A stretch of 64,000 bases of DNA from Promethearchaeota archaeon (GCA_019058365.1 JAHPZE010000004.1:1-64000); one strand, 5' to 3'; counted from the first letter of the stretch, positions 19,607-28,740 are shown. Notes: a model not told the origin generated them from the letters alone. A program made the numbers and translations.

Positions 19607-20578
19607 ATGAAAATTTCAAGCAAGAAAAAGAATAACGAAAATGAAGAGAATGAAAAGGACATGAACGATGAATCTCAAAAAAGAAGTATGACTGATGAGG
19701 AGATCGCTAATCTCGATTTGGATAGTAAAAAAGTTAAAGAATTAATGAAAGAATATGAAAGCGAAACGGATAAATATGCAAAATGGCGTGGTTCTATTAC
19801 CGAAGGATTTAAAAAGTGGTTAAAAGGTGAAAAAATCTATGATAGAGATAAAGAAAGAATCTCATTATATGTGTCTGAAGATACAAAGCACCAATGGCAG
19901 GAATTTAAAGATTCACATGAATATTCGACAATTTCTGCGCTAATTCGGGATAGCGTAGATTTTTATATTGAACAAAAATCGGATACAATAGGTGAAGGTT
20001 TACGTAGAATGGATGAGAAGACTATTTCTAACATTTCTCACGCATTGAAAGAACCTCTCACTTCTATAAAAGGCTTTAGCCAACTACTTCTGGAAAATTA
20101 TACCAAAGAGTTGAATGAAGAAGTCTTGATGACAATTAAAAATATCTTTGATCAGAGTTTACTCCTTGAAAATAAAATTATTAACATCTTAGATAATATT
20201 ACTACTGAAGAACCTCACCCTCAGTATGAAATTCTCTTAATTGAGGATGATTTAGCAACAATCCGCTTACTAACCAGCTATTTTGAAAGTAAGGGTTATA
20301 AGTGTAAGGGAGTAGTAAGTGGGACAAAGGGTTTGGAGGAATTAAGAGGAGGTGTTCCTAAGCTTATTTTATTAGATATCATCTTACCAGATATTTCTGG
20401 CTATGAAATTTGTAAAATGATTAAAGATCATAAAGTATACCGTGAAATTCCTATATACTTGTTAACTGCGATACCAGGAAGTGAAGTTGAAAAAAAGATT
20501 GATGAAACTAAAGCTGATGGTTATATTTTAAAACCATTTGATTTTTCAGATTTTCAGGTAGTTTTCCAATATTTATAA
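19607..20578 (+). CDS. RHH + HisKA(DHp) + receiver protein lacking a kinase domain (paralog 2)
   Basis: Same architecture as the upstream paralog: ERISLYVSEDTK, ISHALKEPLTSIKG, LIEDD, LLDIILPD, LTA, KPF. Confidence 0.87.
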   Translation: MKISSKKKNNENEENEKDMNDESQKRSMTDEEIANLDLDSKKVKELMKEYESETDKYAKWRGSITEGFKKWLKGEKIYDRDKERISLYVSEDTKHQWQEFKDSHEYSTISALIRDSVDFYIEQKSDTIGEGLRRMDEKTISNISHALKEPLTSIKGFSQLLLENYTKELNEEVLMTIKNIFDQSLLLENKIINILDNITTEEPHPQYEILLIEDDLATIRLLTSYFESKGYKCKGVVSGTKGLEELRGGVPKLILLDIILPDISGYEICKMIKDHKVYREIPIYLLTAIPGSEVEKKIDETKADGYILKPFDFSDFQVVFQYL

Positions 20579-20628
20579 CTACTTTTTAATTTGAATAAGT
20601 ACTCTTTTATTAATTTCTGAAAAAATAA

Positions 20629-20702
20629 CGGGCTATGAGGGATTCGAACCCCCGACCTGCCGGTTAAGAGCCGGTTGCGCTACCTGTCTGCGCTAATAGC
20701 CC
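20629..20702 (-). tRNA. tRNA-Lys(CTT)
   Basis: Cloverleaf: GGGCTAT/ATAGCCC acceptor stem, CCGGC/T-CTT-AACCGG anticodon arm, GGTTCGAATCC T-arm. Confidence 0.95.
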
Positions 20703-20741
20703 ATTCAATTGACCTTACCTTATTTATTGAAACCCATAAAA

Positions 20742-20843
20742 CGCAGATGGAGGGACTCGAACCCCCGAGCGCTCACGCGCACCGGCTCACTTGTTTATTA
20801 AATAATCTCAAGGCCGGCGTCTTACCAGCTAGGCTACATCTGC
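20742..20843 (-). tRNA. tRNA-Ser(TGA) with 19-nt intron at 37/38 (20788..20806)
   Basis: GCAGATG/CATCTGC acceptor, CCGGC-CT TGA GA-GCCGG after intron removal, long variable arm; BHB with CTTG/CAAG helix and AGA/TGA bulges. Confidence 0.93.
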
Positions 20844-21021
20844 TTATTTTAGATATTAAATAAATTTTTAATATTTAGTAATTGTTGGCTATTAATTTAG
20901 AGTATATGCTATAAAATAAATTTTTTTTCATTTTTCATCGCTTTAATTACTATTTTCATGTTGTATATAAAGAAAACTATAAATTTTATGCTACATTGAC
21001 CTCTAATTGAGTTGGTGAAAA

Positions 21022-21510
21022 ATGAGCGGGGCAAAGGATTTTCGTTATTTAATACCAGAAAGTTTATTCAAGGAAATTACCCAAAAAGCGGCAGAGGAGT
21101 ACCCCCAGATAATACATGGCTGGTTATTTGCTGACAGAAAAGAAAATTTCGGTATCTGTACGAAATTTATAATGAATCCAGATCTACGTAAAAGTAAAGT
21201 TCATGTTAAACCAAGGAGCTGGATGCGGTACAAAAAATCAAAAATCTATAACATGCGTAAATTTAAAACCGAAATGGATGTGGATATTGTCTGGATGTGG
21301 CACTCTCATCCAAGTGGTAACGAGAAGCTTCACACAATCGATAAACGAATATTAAAATATTTATCAAATGGTGTTATGATAATCGTAGTTCCTTCTGTGC
21401 CTAATAAAACTCCAGAACAAAAAGCCCATCTTGTAGGCTGGTATTATGACAAAAGATATACAAAAAAACCTATCATTGAAAAAATGGTTTTTGAGATAAT
21501 ATCTGAATAA
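21022..21510 (+). CDS. JAB/MPN-domain protein
   Basis: WMWHSHPSG-x5-IDKR fits the JAMM HxH-x10-D metal site; the N-terminal catalytic Glu is not evident (YPQIIHGWL). Confidence 0.75.
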   Translation: MSGAKDFRYLIPESLFKEITQKAAEEYPQIIHGWLFADRKENFGICTKFIMNPDLRKSKVHVKPRSWMRYKKSKIYNMRKFKTEMDVDIVWMWHSHPSGNEKLHTIDKRILKYLSNGVMIIVVPSVPNKTPEQKAHLVGWYYDKRYTKKPIIEKMVFEIISE

Positions 21511-21787
21511 ATTAGATTTATTCTTCTTTTTCTCTTATTTTTTTGAATTTCTTAAAAGATATTTTATGGTGGTATGGTGTATCTAAAGTACGAGAATATC
21601 GATTAAGAAGGAGATGTTCTGAAATTAAATAATTATTAGTAAAAAAATTTGAAAATTATTAGTTAAAATTTTTTTCATTTTTCTTTATACTTTAAAAGTC
21701 GATATTTTATAATAAAATATTAAAATTTTGAATCTTTATCTTAAAATTATAAGTTTTACAAACAATACAAAAAGATTACTCAAGAAC

Positions 21788-21870
21788 GCTCAGGTCGCTT
21801 AGCCTGGTAGAGCGCCGGTCTGCTAAACCGGTGTCCAATGGATCCGTGGGTTCGAATCCCACCCTGAGCG
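21788..21870 (+). tRNA. tRNA-Ser(GCT)
   Basis: GCTCAGG/CCTGAGC acceptor, CCGGT-CT GCT AA-ACCGG anticodon arm, variable arm, GTGGG TTCGAAT CCCAC T-arm. Confidence 0.95.
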
Positions 21871-21877
21871 TACGAAT

Positions 21878-22013
21878 GGGCCAGTGGTCTAGTGGTTATG
21901 ACGTCGCGCTAATTTAGTATTAAATATATTATATCGCGAATACACCGCGAAGGTCGAGAGTTCAATTGGGAAAAAAATTTCTTTTTTTCTTGGAATCCTC
22001 TCCTGGCCCACCA
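21878..22013 (+). tRNA. tRNA-Val(TAC) with two 30-nt introns (21911..21940 at 33/34; 21967..21996 at 59/60) and encoded CCA
   Basis: GGGCCAG/CTGGCCC-A-CCA; removing both inserts gives TCGCG-CT TAC AC-CGCGA and GAGAG-TTCAATC-CTCTC; both inserts form BHB motifs. Confidence 0.9.
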
Positions 22014-22014
22014 T

Positions 22015-22836
22015 TTACTTATCTGTTTCAAATAATTTTTTTATTTTTTGAGGGCGTAAAGCACTTAATTTACAATTTTTAAGTTTATTTCCTATATGTG
22101 AAATTATTCCAGGGGCATCAGATCCCTCTTTTAATAAGACTAGATTTTCTAAAAACCCGAATCTTTTGACAGTAATAATATCCCTGAAATGTCCTTTTTG
22201 AGTTAGGACTTTTTTGAATTGACCCTTAGTTTCTCCACTTAGAAACACACCTTCAATATTTTCCTCTAAAATTTTATTAAAGAAAGTTAAAGTTCTTGGT
22301 GTTAACTCACCTAAAAGTTTATTGTTAACTGAATCTATTTCAGTTATTTTAATATATACGGGAAAATGATCAATAAAATTGTAAGCTTCAATAATTTCTT
22401 TTAATGATCTCTCTTTTCCTTTACATAATTGTTCTCTTAAAGTGTGCAGATTTATAAGTACATCCATACTTGGATTCATAATAGCACAATCAACAAATAA
22501 TCCGAATCCAACTTTTCCTACATCTACAAGAGAGCCTTTATATTCCCTATCAACTTTAATATCTTTAAATTCATTAATAGATCCTATCTCTTTTTTTAGG
22601 AGGTTAAAAACAAATTGTTCTTCGGGACCAATGATGATTATTTCAAACCTTTTATCAAATTTTCTTAACTTTTTTATATTGATCGAGGTATCAGGAAAAC
22701 CCTTGATATGCTCTTTTAAATATTTAAGATATCGAAGGTAAATATCTTCTTTTTGACCTTTATCAGCCACATTATAAATTTTATCGCATAAAACTAAATT
22801 TTGCACCATACGAAAACACTTAAGTGTTAGTATCAA
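22015..22836 (-). CDS. DUF2110-family archaeal protein (S1-like)
   Basis: G.LVDVGKVGFGLFVD, L.TLREQL, F.DHFPV, GHFRDII, K.GSDAPGII..IG motifs. Confidence 0.75.
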   Translation of the reverse strand: MILTLKCFRMVQNLVLCDKIYNVADKGQKEDIYLRYLKYLKEHIKGFPDTSINIKKLRKFDKRFEIIIIGPEEQFVFNLLKKEIGSINEFKDIKVDREYKGSLVDVGKVGFGLFVDCAIMNPSMDVLINLHTLREQLCKGKERSLKEIIEAYNFIDHFPVYIKITEIDSVNNKLLGELTPRTLTFFNKILEENIEGVFLSGETKGQFKKVLTQKGHFRDIITVKRFGFLENLVLLKEGSDAPGIISHIGNKLKNCKLSALRPQKIKKLFETDK

Positions 22837-22981
22837 TCAAAATTTAAGTACTTTAACATCAATAAAGTAGGTTTTTTCTTAATTTTTAAAATGGAGAATC
22901 TATTGTTCAAAAAGATTTAAATTTCAAAATTTTTATCTTTCTATAAAAATAAAAACAGATTTTTACATAAGATGGAGAATT

Positions 22982-23353
22982 ATGGAAGAACAAAGATTTA
23001 ATCATCTAGTTAACGCACTAAATGAATATGAAGGAGTAGAGGAGGTTTTTCTATTAAATAATGAGGGAAATATCGTTTTCAAATCCGGGGATTTTCCTCT
23101 AACGAGTGAAGAAGCTAATGGAATATTAAATGCTTGGAAAACAAAAGAAGTTGCTCTCACCTTTCAGAATTATCGATTTGCAATTTTAAAGAATGATGAA
23201 ATACAATTAGCTGCAAAAAATATTGGTGCTGGGAAAGGCAATATTATTGGGTCAATTACAAGAGAAGGAGATTATCTTGTTGCTCATACCAGAGATGAAA
23301 GCATGATTTTATTAGAGTGGTCAATATTTATAAATAAAGTTGCATGGTCATAA
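22982..23353 (+). CDS. Profilin-like protein (Asgard type)
   Basis: 123 aa; helix, VFLLNNEGNIVFKS, helix, LTFQNYRFAILKNDEIQLAAKNIGAGKGNII strand pattern as recalled for Asgard profilins. Confidence 0.65.
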   Translation: MEEQRFNHLVNALNEYEGVEEVFLLNNEGNIVFKSGDFPLTSEEANGILNAWKTKEVALTFQNYRFAILKNDEIQLAAKNIGAGKGNIIGSITREGDYLVAHTRDESMILLEWSIFINKVAWS

Positions 23354-23604
23354 TAGAGTCATAAACAGAGAAGATTGAAATACACTAGTTCTATTTTAAT
23401 TTTTATACTCTCTTTTTAAAATATTTAAAAAAAATATTTATTATATCATTTATTACTACTTTTTAACTAAAGTAAAATAAAATTAAAAAATAATATAAAT
23501 AAAAAGAATTAATTAAAAAAAATCTTTTATAAGATTATCCAATTTAGTAATATCTATTAGGATTTTAATTATTTCTGTTAAATTGTTAAGGAGGTTGATG
23601 AATC

Positions 23605-24330
23605 ATTTTTCAAGGTCAAGGCCGTGGCTACGATATGGCCATAACGCAATTTTCACCTGAAGGTCGACTTTTTCAAGTAGAATATGCTATTGAAGCTGTC
23701 CGAAGAGGTACAACCGCAATTGTATGTAGAAACAAAAATTCTGTTGTGTTTGCGGTTGAAACAAAAAGTTCTGAGCTCCAAGAGAAAAATGTGGGTTCAG
23801 AAAAGATTTTTAAAATAGATGATCATTTAGGGGTGGCTATTGCTGGTTTAACTAGTGATGCTCGAGTTCTCATTGATAGGGCTCGAGTTCAAGCTCAAGT
23901 TAATATTTTAAATTATGATGAAAAAATTTCAGTAAAAGATAGTACACTAAATATCTGTGAATATAAACAGGTATTTACACAGAATGCAGGTGTACGACCT
24001 TTTGGTGTTTCTTTTCTAATTGCTGGAATAGATTCAAATAACGAACCTTCCTTATATTTAACTGACCCAAGTGGAGCAATGTGGGGTTATAAAGCTTTTG
24101 CTATAGGTTCACAAGCAACTGAAGCAAGAACTTACCTTGAGGAACATTATAAAGAGGATATGAGTGATGAAGAATTGAAATTATTGCCATTAAGAACATT
24201 AAAAGAATTAATGGGCGATAATCTAAATAAAAATACCTGTGATGTAGCTTTTATTTTAAAAGAAGATAAAACTTTTAAGCTATTAAATTTGGAAGAAAAG
24301 GAAGAATTATTAAACAAATTGACTTCCTAA
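23605..24330 (+). CDS. psmA: Proteasome subunit alpha
   Basis: GYDMAITQFSPEGRLFQVEYA, KIFKIDDH, RPFGVS, TDPSG. The conserved GYD lies upstream of the first ATG (23635), so the start is probably ATT at 23605 after GGAGG. Confidence 0.97.
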   Translation: MFQGQGRGYDMAITQFSPEGRLFQVEYAIEAVRRGTTAIVCRNKNSVVFAVETKSSELQEKNVGSEKIFKIDDHLGVAIAGLTSDARVLIDRARVQAQVNILNYDEKISVKDSTLNICEYKQVFTQNAGVRPFGVSFLIAGIDSNNEPSLYLTDPSGAMWGYKAFAIGSQATEARTYLEEHYKEDMSDEELKLLPLRTLKELMGDNLNKNTCDVAFILKEDKTFKLLNLEEKEELLNKLTS

Positions 24331-24446
24331 AGACTATATCTATTTCAAGGTAATACCCCTTTATATTTATCTTTTAACAGAAAGACAAAAAAATAGAAAA
24401 AAAAGAGATCGAGATAATTCAATCATTTAAATTGTGAACGTATGAC

Positions 24447-25238
24447 ATGATTGATAGGGCAAGGATTGATTTAGGTGGATACATCATAGGGCGTATTGAG
24501 AACTCCGGCAGAGTTTTTGAAATGTTAATGGACCCCGAGAAAGCATGGGAAGCAAAAAAAATTATTCGGGAAGAAATCAACGTAAGGTTAAAAGCAGGGA
24601 AAGAAAAATCGCGACTTACCGTAGAAGAGATATTAAAAAATCAAAAAATTGATTTAGAACTAATTTTTGAGAGTTTTTCGGTATTTGAAGATTTAAGAAG
24701 AGGAAAAAAAGCAACAGATGGAGATATGGAAGCGGTATTTAATACTACAGATGGAATGACTATCGCTGGGACTATTCTATTAGAAGGAGAAATACATTGG
24801 ACAAAAGCCCAAAGAGAAGAAGAAAGGCAAAAAAAATTAAAACAAATTATAACAATTATTAGTAAGAATGCAATTAATCCACAGAATAAAAAGCCTCATC
24901 CATACCAACGAATAGAAAAGGCTATTGAGGAAGCAAATGTTAAAGTTGATTTAATGAGAAGTGCTGAAGAACAAGTCGATGATATTGTTAAAGGTATTCG
25001 AGCTATAATTCCTATTAGAATTGAACAAGTTGAAATGGCTATCAAGATTCCAACAGCTTTTACAGCAAAGGGTTATAATATTATTGCCCAATATGTACAA
25101 ATCAAAAAAGAAGAATGGCAATCTGATGGTTCACTGGTTGCTGTTGTAAGTTTGCCTGCAGGATTGCAAATGGAGTTAATTGATAAATTAAATAAATTAA
25201 CACATGGGAGAGTTCAGACAAAAATATTAAAATCCTAA
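24447..25238 (+). CDS. Ribosome maturation protein SBDS/Sdo1
   Basis: FEML, EGEIHWT..QR, NAINPQNKKPHP..RIE, KKEEWQSDGS; position in proteasome-exosome superoperon. Confidence 0.93.
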   Translation: MIDRARIDLGGYIIGRIENSGRVFEMLMDPEKAWEAKKIIREEINVRLKAGKEKSRLTVEEILKNQKIDLELIFESFSVFEDLRRGKKATDGDMEAVFNTTDGMTIAGTILLEGEIHWTKAQREEERQKKLKQIITIISKNAINPQNKKPHPYQRIEKAIEEANVKVDLMRSAEEQVDDIVKGIRAIIPIRIEQVEMAIKIPTAFTAKGYNIIAQYVQIKKEEWQSDGSLVAVVSLPAGLQMELIDKLNKLTHGRVQTKILKS

Positions 25239-25318
25239 CCTAAAATGGGTTAATTAATTCTTATTTATATTTATTTTTTTAGGCATAGGTTAGGAGTATA
25301 GGAAAATTTTAGAAGAAT

Positions 25319-26110
25319 GTGAGTAGTATTATGGAAGAAAATGAAGAACCAGTAGATAATGATTTCGAAGATTTTGAAGAGGATGATGCTTCAAGAGATG
25401 TAGTTGTACCTGGAGAAGTGTTAACTGAAGATGTTAAAAATTTTTTACCTGGGAGAGGAACGATTTTAAATAAAGAGAAGAATAAAATTATTTCTTTGAA
25501 TATTGGGCTAAAACAAATAAAAAAGAATTATATTAATGTAATCCCTCTTAGAGGTTTTTATACACCTCGCCCTGGAGATAAGGTAATCGCATTAGTCGTT
25601 GATAAAAATCCAGTTAAATATAAATGTGATATTAATTCTAAAGATTTTGGTCAACTTAAACCAAAAAATACAATTAAAAGAGGAAGAACAAGAGGATTCA
25701 GAGGCGGTGATGCTGATCGGGAAGAAATAAGTACAGAAAGATTTGATATAGGTGATATTTTAATTGTGAAAGTTCTCTCTGCTGATCGTTTAAATAAACC
25801 TGAATTGACAACTGTTGGAAAATATTTAGGGAAAAAAAGTGGTGGTATTGTTATTACTATAGACCCACCAAAAATTCCAAGAGTTATAGGAAGAAATGGT
25901 TCAATGATTAAAATGTTGAAATCTTTAACTGGGTGTAATATCTTTGTAACTCAGAATGGTCGTATATGGCTGAAAGGCGAAGACATTGCTCATGAAAGGT
26001 TATTAATCGAATCTATTCATAAAATTGCTTCTGAAGCCCATACTGTTGGTTTAACAGATAGAATGCAAGAATTTATAATAAATGAAAAAAAGAAGAGAGG
26101 TATTGAATAA
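25319..26110 (+). CDS. rrp4: Exosome RNA-binding subunit Rrp4
   Basis: VVVPGE, VIPLRG.YTPRPGD.VI (S1), KIPRVIGRNGSMI (KH), QNGRIW, EAHTVGLTDR. Confidence 0.95.
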   Translation: MSSIMEENEEPVDNDFEDFEEDDASRDVVVPGEVLTEDVKNFLPGRGTILNKEKNKIISLNIGLKQIKKNYINVIPLRGFYTPRPGDKVIALVVDKNPVKYKCDINSKDFGQLKPKNTIKRGRTRGFRGGDADREEISTERFDIGDILIVKVLSADRLNKPELTTVGKYLGKKSGGIVITIDPPKIPRVIGRNGSMIKMLKSLTGCNIFVTQNGRIWLKGEDIAHERLLIESIHKIASEAHTVGLTDRMQEFIINEKKKRGIE

Positions 26111-26895
26111 TGCCGTTAATTATTAAAGATGAGTATCCTAAGAAATTATTTCGTGAAGATGGAAAAAGACTCGATGGTCGTAGTGAAAAGGAATTAAGAC
26201 CTATAAAAATGGAAGTTGGTGTTATACAAAATGCAGATGGATCTGCATATCTTGAATGGGGTAACAATAAAATCTATGCTGCCGTATATGGTCCTCGAGA
26301 AGTACACCCTCATCACTTAGCCAAACCAGATCGAGGTGTTTTAAGAGTTTTTTATAGGATGGCTACTTTTTCTGTTTTTGATAGAAAAAGACCCGCCCCT
26401 GGACGCCGTGAAAAAGAAATTTCTATGATTGTGGCAGATTGTATCGAACCCGTACTTTTTCTTGAACTTTATCCTGGCACTAGCTTTGAAGTCTTTATTG
26501 AAGTTTTGGATGCAGATGGTGGAACTAGATGCGCAAGCACTACAGTAGCAGCATTAGCTTTGGCTGATGCTGGAATTCCTATGAAAAGTTTAGTATCAGC
26601 AGTTGCTGTAGGAAAAATTGATGGAAAGAAGGTTGTCGATCTCTCTGGTATTGAAGATAAAGCTGGAGAAGCAGATTTACCAATCGCTATCACTTGGTAT
26701 AATGAGGAAATCTCATTATTACAATTTGATGGAGATATGGATTTGAGTGAGATGAATGAATTCTTAAGTGATGCAAGAGAAGCATTGGAAAGCATTCATA
26801 AAACTCAATTAAATGTGTTAAAAAGTAAATACTTAAAATTACAAGAAGAAACTAAAACTAATAAGGAGAAAGAAGGTAAAAAAGGTGATGAGTAA
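26110..26895 (+). CDS. rrp41: Exosome exonuclease Rrp41
   Basis: RLDGR...ELRP, ADGSAYLEWG, YGPRE, ADGGTR, EDK.GEADLP. Confidence 0.97.
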   Translation: MPLIIKDEYPKKLFREDGKRLDGRSEKELRPIKMEVGVIQNADGSAYLEWGNNKIYAAVYGPREVHPHHLAKPDRGVLRVFYRMATFSVFDRKRPAPGRREKEISMIVADCIEPVLFLELYPGTSFEVFIEVLDADGGTRCASTTVAALALADAGIPMKSLVSAVAVGKIDGKKVVDLSGIEDKAGEADLPIAITWYNEEISLLQFDGDMDLSEMNEFLSDAREALESIHKTQLNVLKSKYLKLQEETKTNKEKEGKKGDE

Positions 26896-26897
26896 AT

Positions 26898-27731
26898 ATG
26901 ATGGACATAAAACGAATTATTTCGAAAATTGAAAGAGACTATATAATATCAAATTTAAAAAAAGAAGAGAGAATCGATGGTAGAGGCCTCTGGGAATATC
27001 GCGATTTTCAAATCAAGAATGATATTATCGCTTCAGCAGAAGGCTCTGCGGATGTTTCTTTAGGTGACACAAAGATAATAACAGGTTTAAAATACGAAGT
27101 AGGTGAACCATTCCCAGATTTACCTGATGAAGGAGTATGCACTGTAATGGCAGAACTGCTCCCATTAGCATCTCCATTATTTGAAAGAGGACCTCCTGAT
27201 GAGCAATCAATTGAATTAGCACGTGTTGTAGATCGAGGTATTAGACACGCAGATTGTGTTCAAACAAAGAACCTCTGTATTAAAGAAAGAGAAGCAGTTT
27301 ATATACTTTTTGTTGATATGTACGTAATAAATTATTCTGGGAATTTAATTGATGCTGGTGGTGTAAGTGCATTAACTACATTAATTTCTGCACATATCCC
27401 TGAAGGAGTTTGGAATAGTGATAAAGGTGAGACGGATTGGACAGGAAAATATATAACGGGCGAAAACCTTGTAAAAGAATTACCTTTTGTACTTACATAT
27501 GGAAAAATTGATGATATTATCTTCTTAGATCCTAGTTTACCAGAAGAATTAGTTTGTGATGGTAAAATTTCTATTTCAGTTACAGAAGAAAAAATTACTT
27601 CAATTCAAAAAAGTGGTGCTGCTACATTTTCAATTGATGAGATTAAAACTTTAGGCAAAAAATCTTTAGAAATTGGTAAAAAGCTTAGAAAAGATTTAAA
27701 TCTTTTACAATATTTAAGCAAAATTGATTAA
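26898..27731 (+). CDS. rrp42: Exosome subunit Rrp42
   Basis: RIDGRGLWEYR, AEGSA, PFPDLPDEG, FERGPP, ELARVVDRGIR, IQKSG. Confidence 0.96.
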   Translation: MMDIKRIISKIERDYIISNLKKEERIDGRGLWEYRDFQIKNDIIASAEGSADVSLGDTKIITGLKYEVGEPFPDLPDEGVCTVMAELLPLASPLFERGPPDEQSIELARVVDRGIRHADCVQTKNLCIKEREAVYILFVDMYVINYSGNLIDAGGVSALTTLISAHIPEGVWNSDKGETDWTGKYITGENLVKELPFVLTYGKIDDIIFLDPSLPEELVCDGKISISVTEEKITSIQKSGAATFSIDEIKTLGKKSLEIGKKLRKDLNLLQYLSKID

Positions 27732-27840
27732 TTTCTTAAATAATTTTTTTCTTATTTTATTTAACTTTTTATATTATTTTTTTATAGATAAAGTATGTCT
27801 AATACAATTGCATTAATGTTAGATAAATTGTATTAAATTA

Positions 27841-28050
27841 TTAATTTTTGATCCTTCTAAGTGTTTCTAAGGAACCGTAACCTCCCGCTCTACCGTCCAA
27901 TTCAAAAGTAACCATTGATTGAACTAAAATTGATCGATTACCTTCACTATCTTTAGATGGAACAAGAATGTTTTTTCCGTTTTTAAAAAGGAAACCTCCC
28001 GTAGATAAACTTCCATCATCAATAATAATAGCCGCTGGATTTACTGCCAA
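27841..28050 (-). pseudogene. Short antisense ORF, probable gene fragment interrupting the exosome superoperon
   Basis: 69-codon protein-like ORF with a weak TTG start and a broken frame upstream; lies between rrp42 and rpl37ae, which are usually adjacent. Confidence 0.4.
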
Positions 28051-28186
28051 ATTTTTATAGGGGTAATAAATTCTAAAATTTTGTTAGAGAAAATGAATAA
28101 GTGTGATAAGTTCATATTTAGAAAAATTTATAGTTTATCCTATTTTTTTAATAACATATAATATTCAATACTAATTTTGATGTAAT

Positions 28187-28468
28187 ATGACAAAGAAAGT
28201 TGGAATAACAGGAAAATACGGCGCTAGATATGGAAGTACACTAAGAAAAAGGACTCGTCTTATTCTGGAAAAGATGAAAGGAGATATAAAATGTCCCAGA
28301 TGTATTACTAAGGGTTCTATCAATAGAGTTTCAACTGGTATTTGGCATTGCAAAAAATGTAATGCGCGATTTACAGGAGGAGCTTATTACATAGAAACAC
28401 CCCGAGGCGCCGAATCTTTCAGAATAGCAAAACGAAAGCAACGTGAGTTAGAAATTATAGAAGAATAA
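28187..28468 (+). CDS. rpl37ae: 50S ribosomal protein L37Ae (eL43)
   Basis: TKKVGITGKYGARYG, CPRC...GIWHCKKC...FTGGAY. Confidence 0.97.
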   Translation: MTKKVGITGKYGARYGSTLRKRTRLILEKMKGDIKCPRCITKGSINRVSTGIWHCKKCNARFTGGAYYIETPRGAESFRIAKRKQRELEIIEE

Positions 28469-28740
28469 TGAGTATTAATAACTATTTTTCAATAGAATCT
28501 ACAATCAAATTAAAATTTAATTCTTCTCAAATACGAGATATTTCTTACAAATCATTTTTACCAGAGTTTAATAAAACACGAACTAAACGATCTCAAATTT
28601 CGATGGAAAAAATGAATGATAAAAGTATTTTATTTGTGATAAAAAGTAATGACATTACTGCTTTTCGCGCGTCTATTAATGAAATTATTAGTTTTGGGAA
28701 AGTAATTACAAATACAATGAAAATAATCGATAATTCATAG
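28468..28740 (+). CDS. pcc1: KEOPS complex subunit Pcc1
   Basis: PE...RS...I.SNDITAFRASIN motif; conserved position between rpl37ae and prefoldin beta. Confidence 0.85.
   Translation: MSINNYFSIESTIKLKFNSSQIRDISYKSFLPEFNKTRTKRSQISMEKMNDKSILFVIKSNDITAFRASINEIISFGKVITNTMKIIDNS

Noticed and set aside
20675-20863. 62-aa ORF on the plus strand
   Set aside because: Antisense shadow of tRNA-Lys and tRNA-Ser.
21545-21640. Short protein-like stretch (FLKDILWWYGVSKVREYRL...) upstream of tRNA-Ser(GCT)
   Set aside because: Too short, no start codon and no recognisable family.
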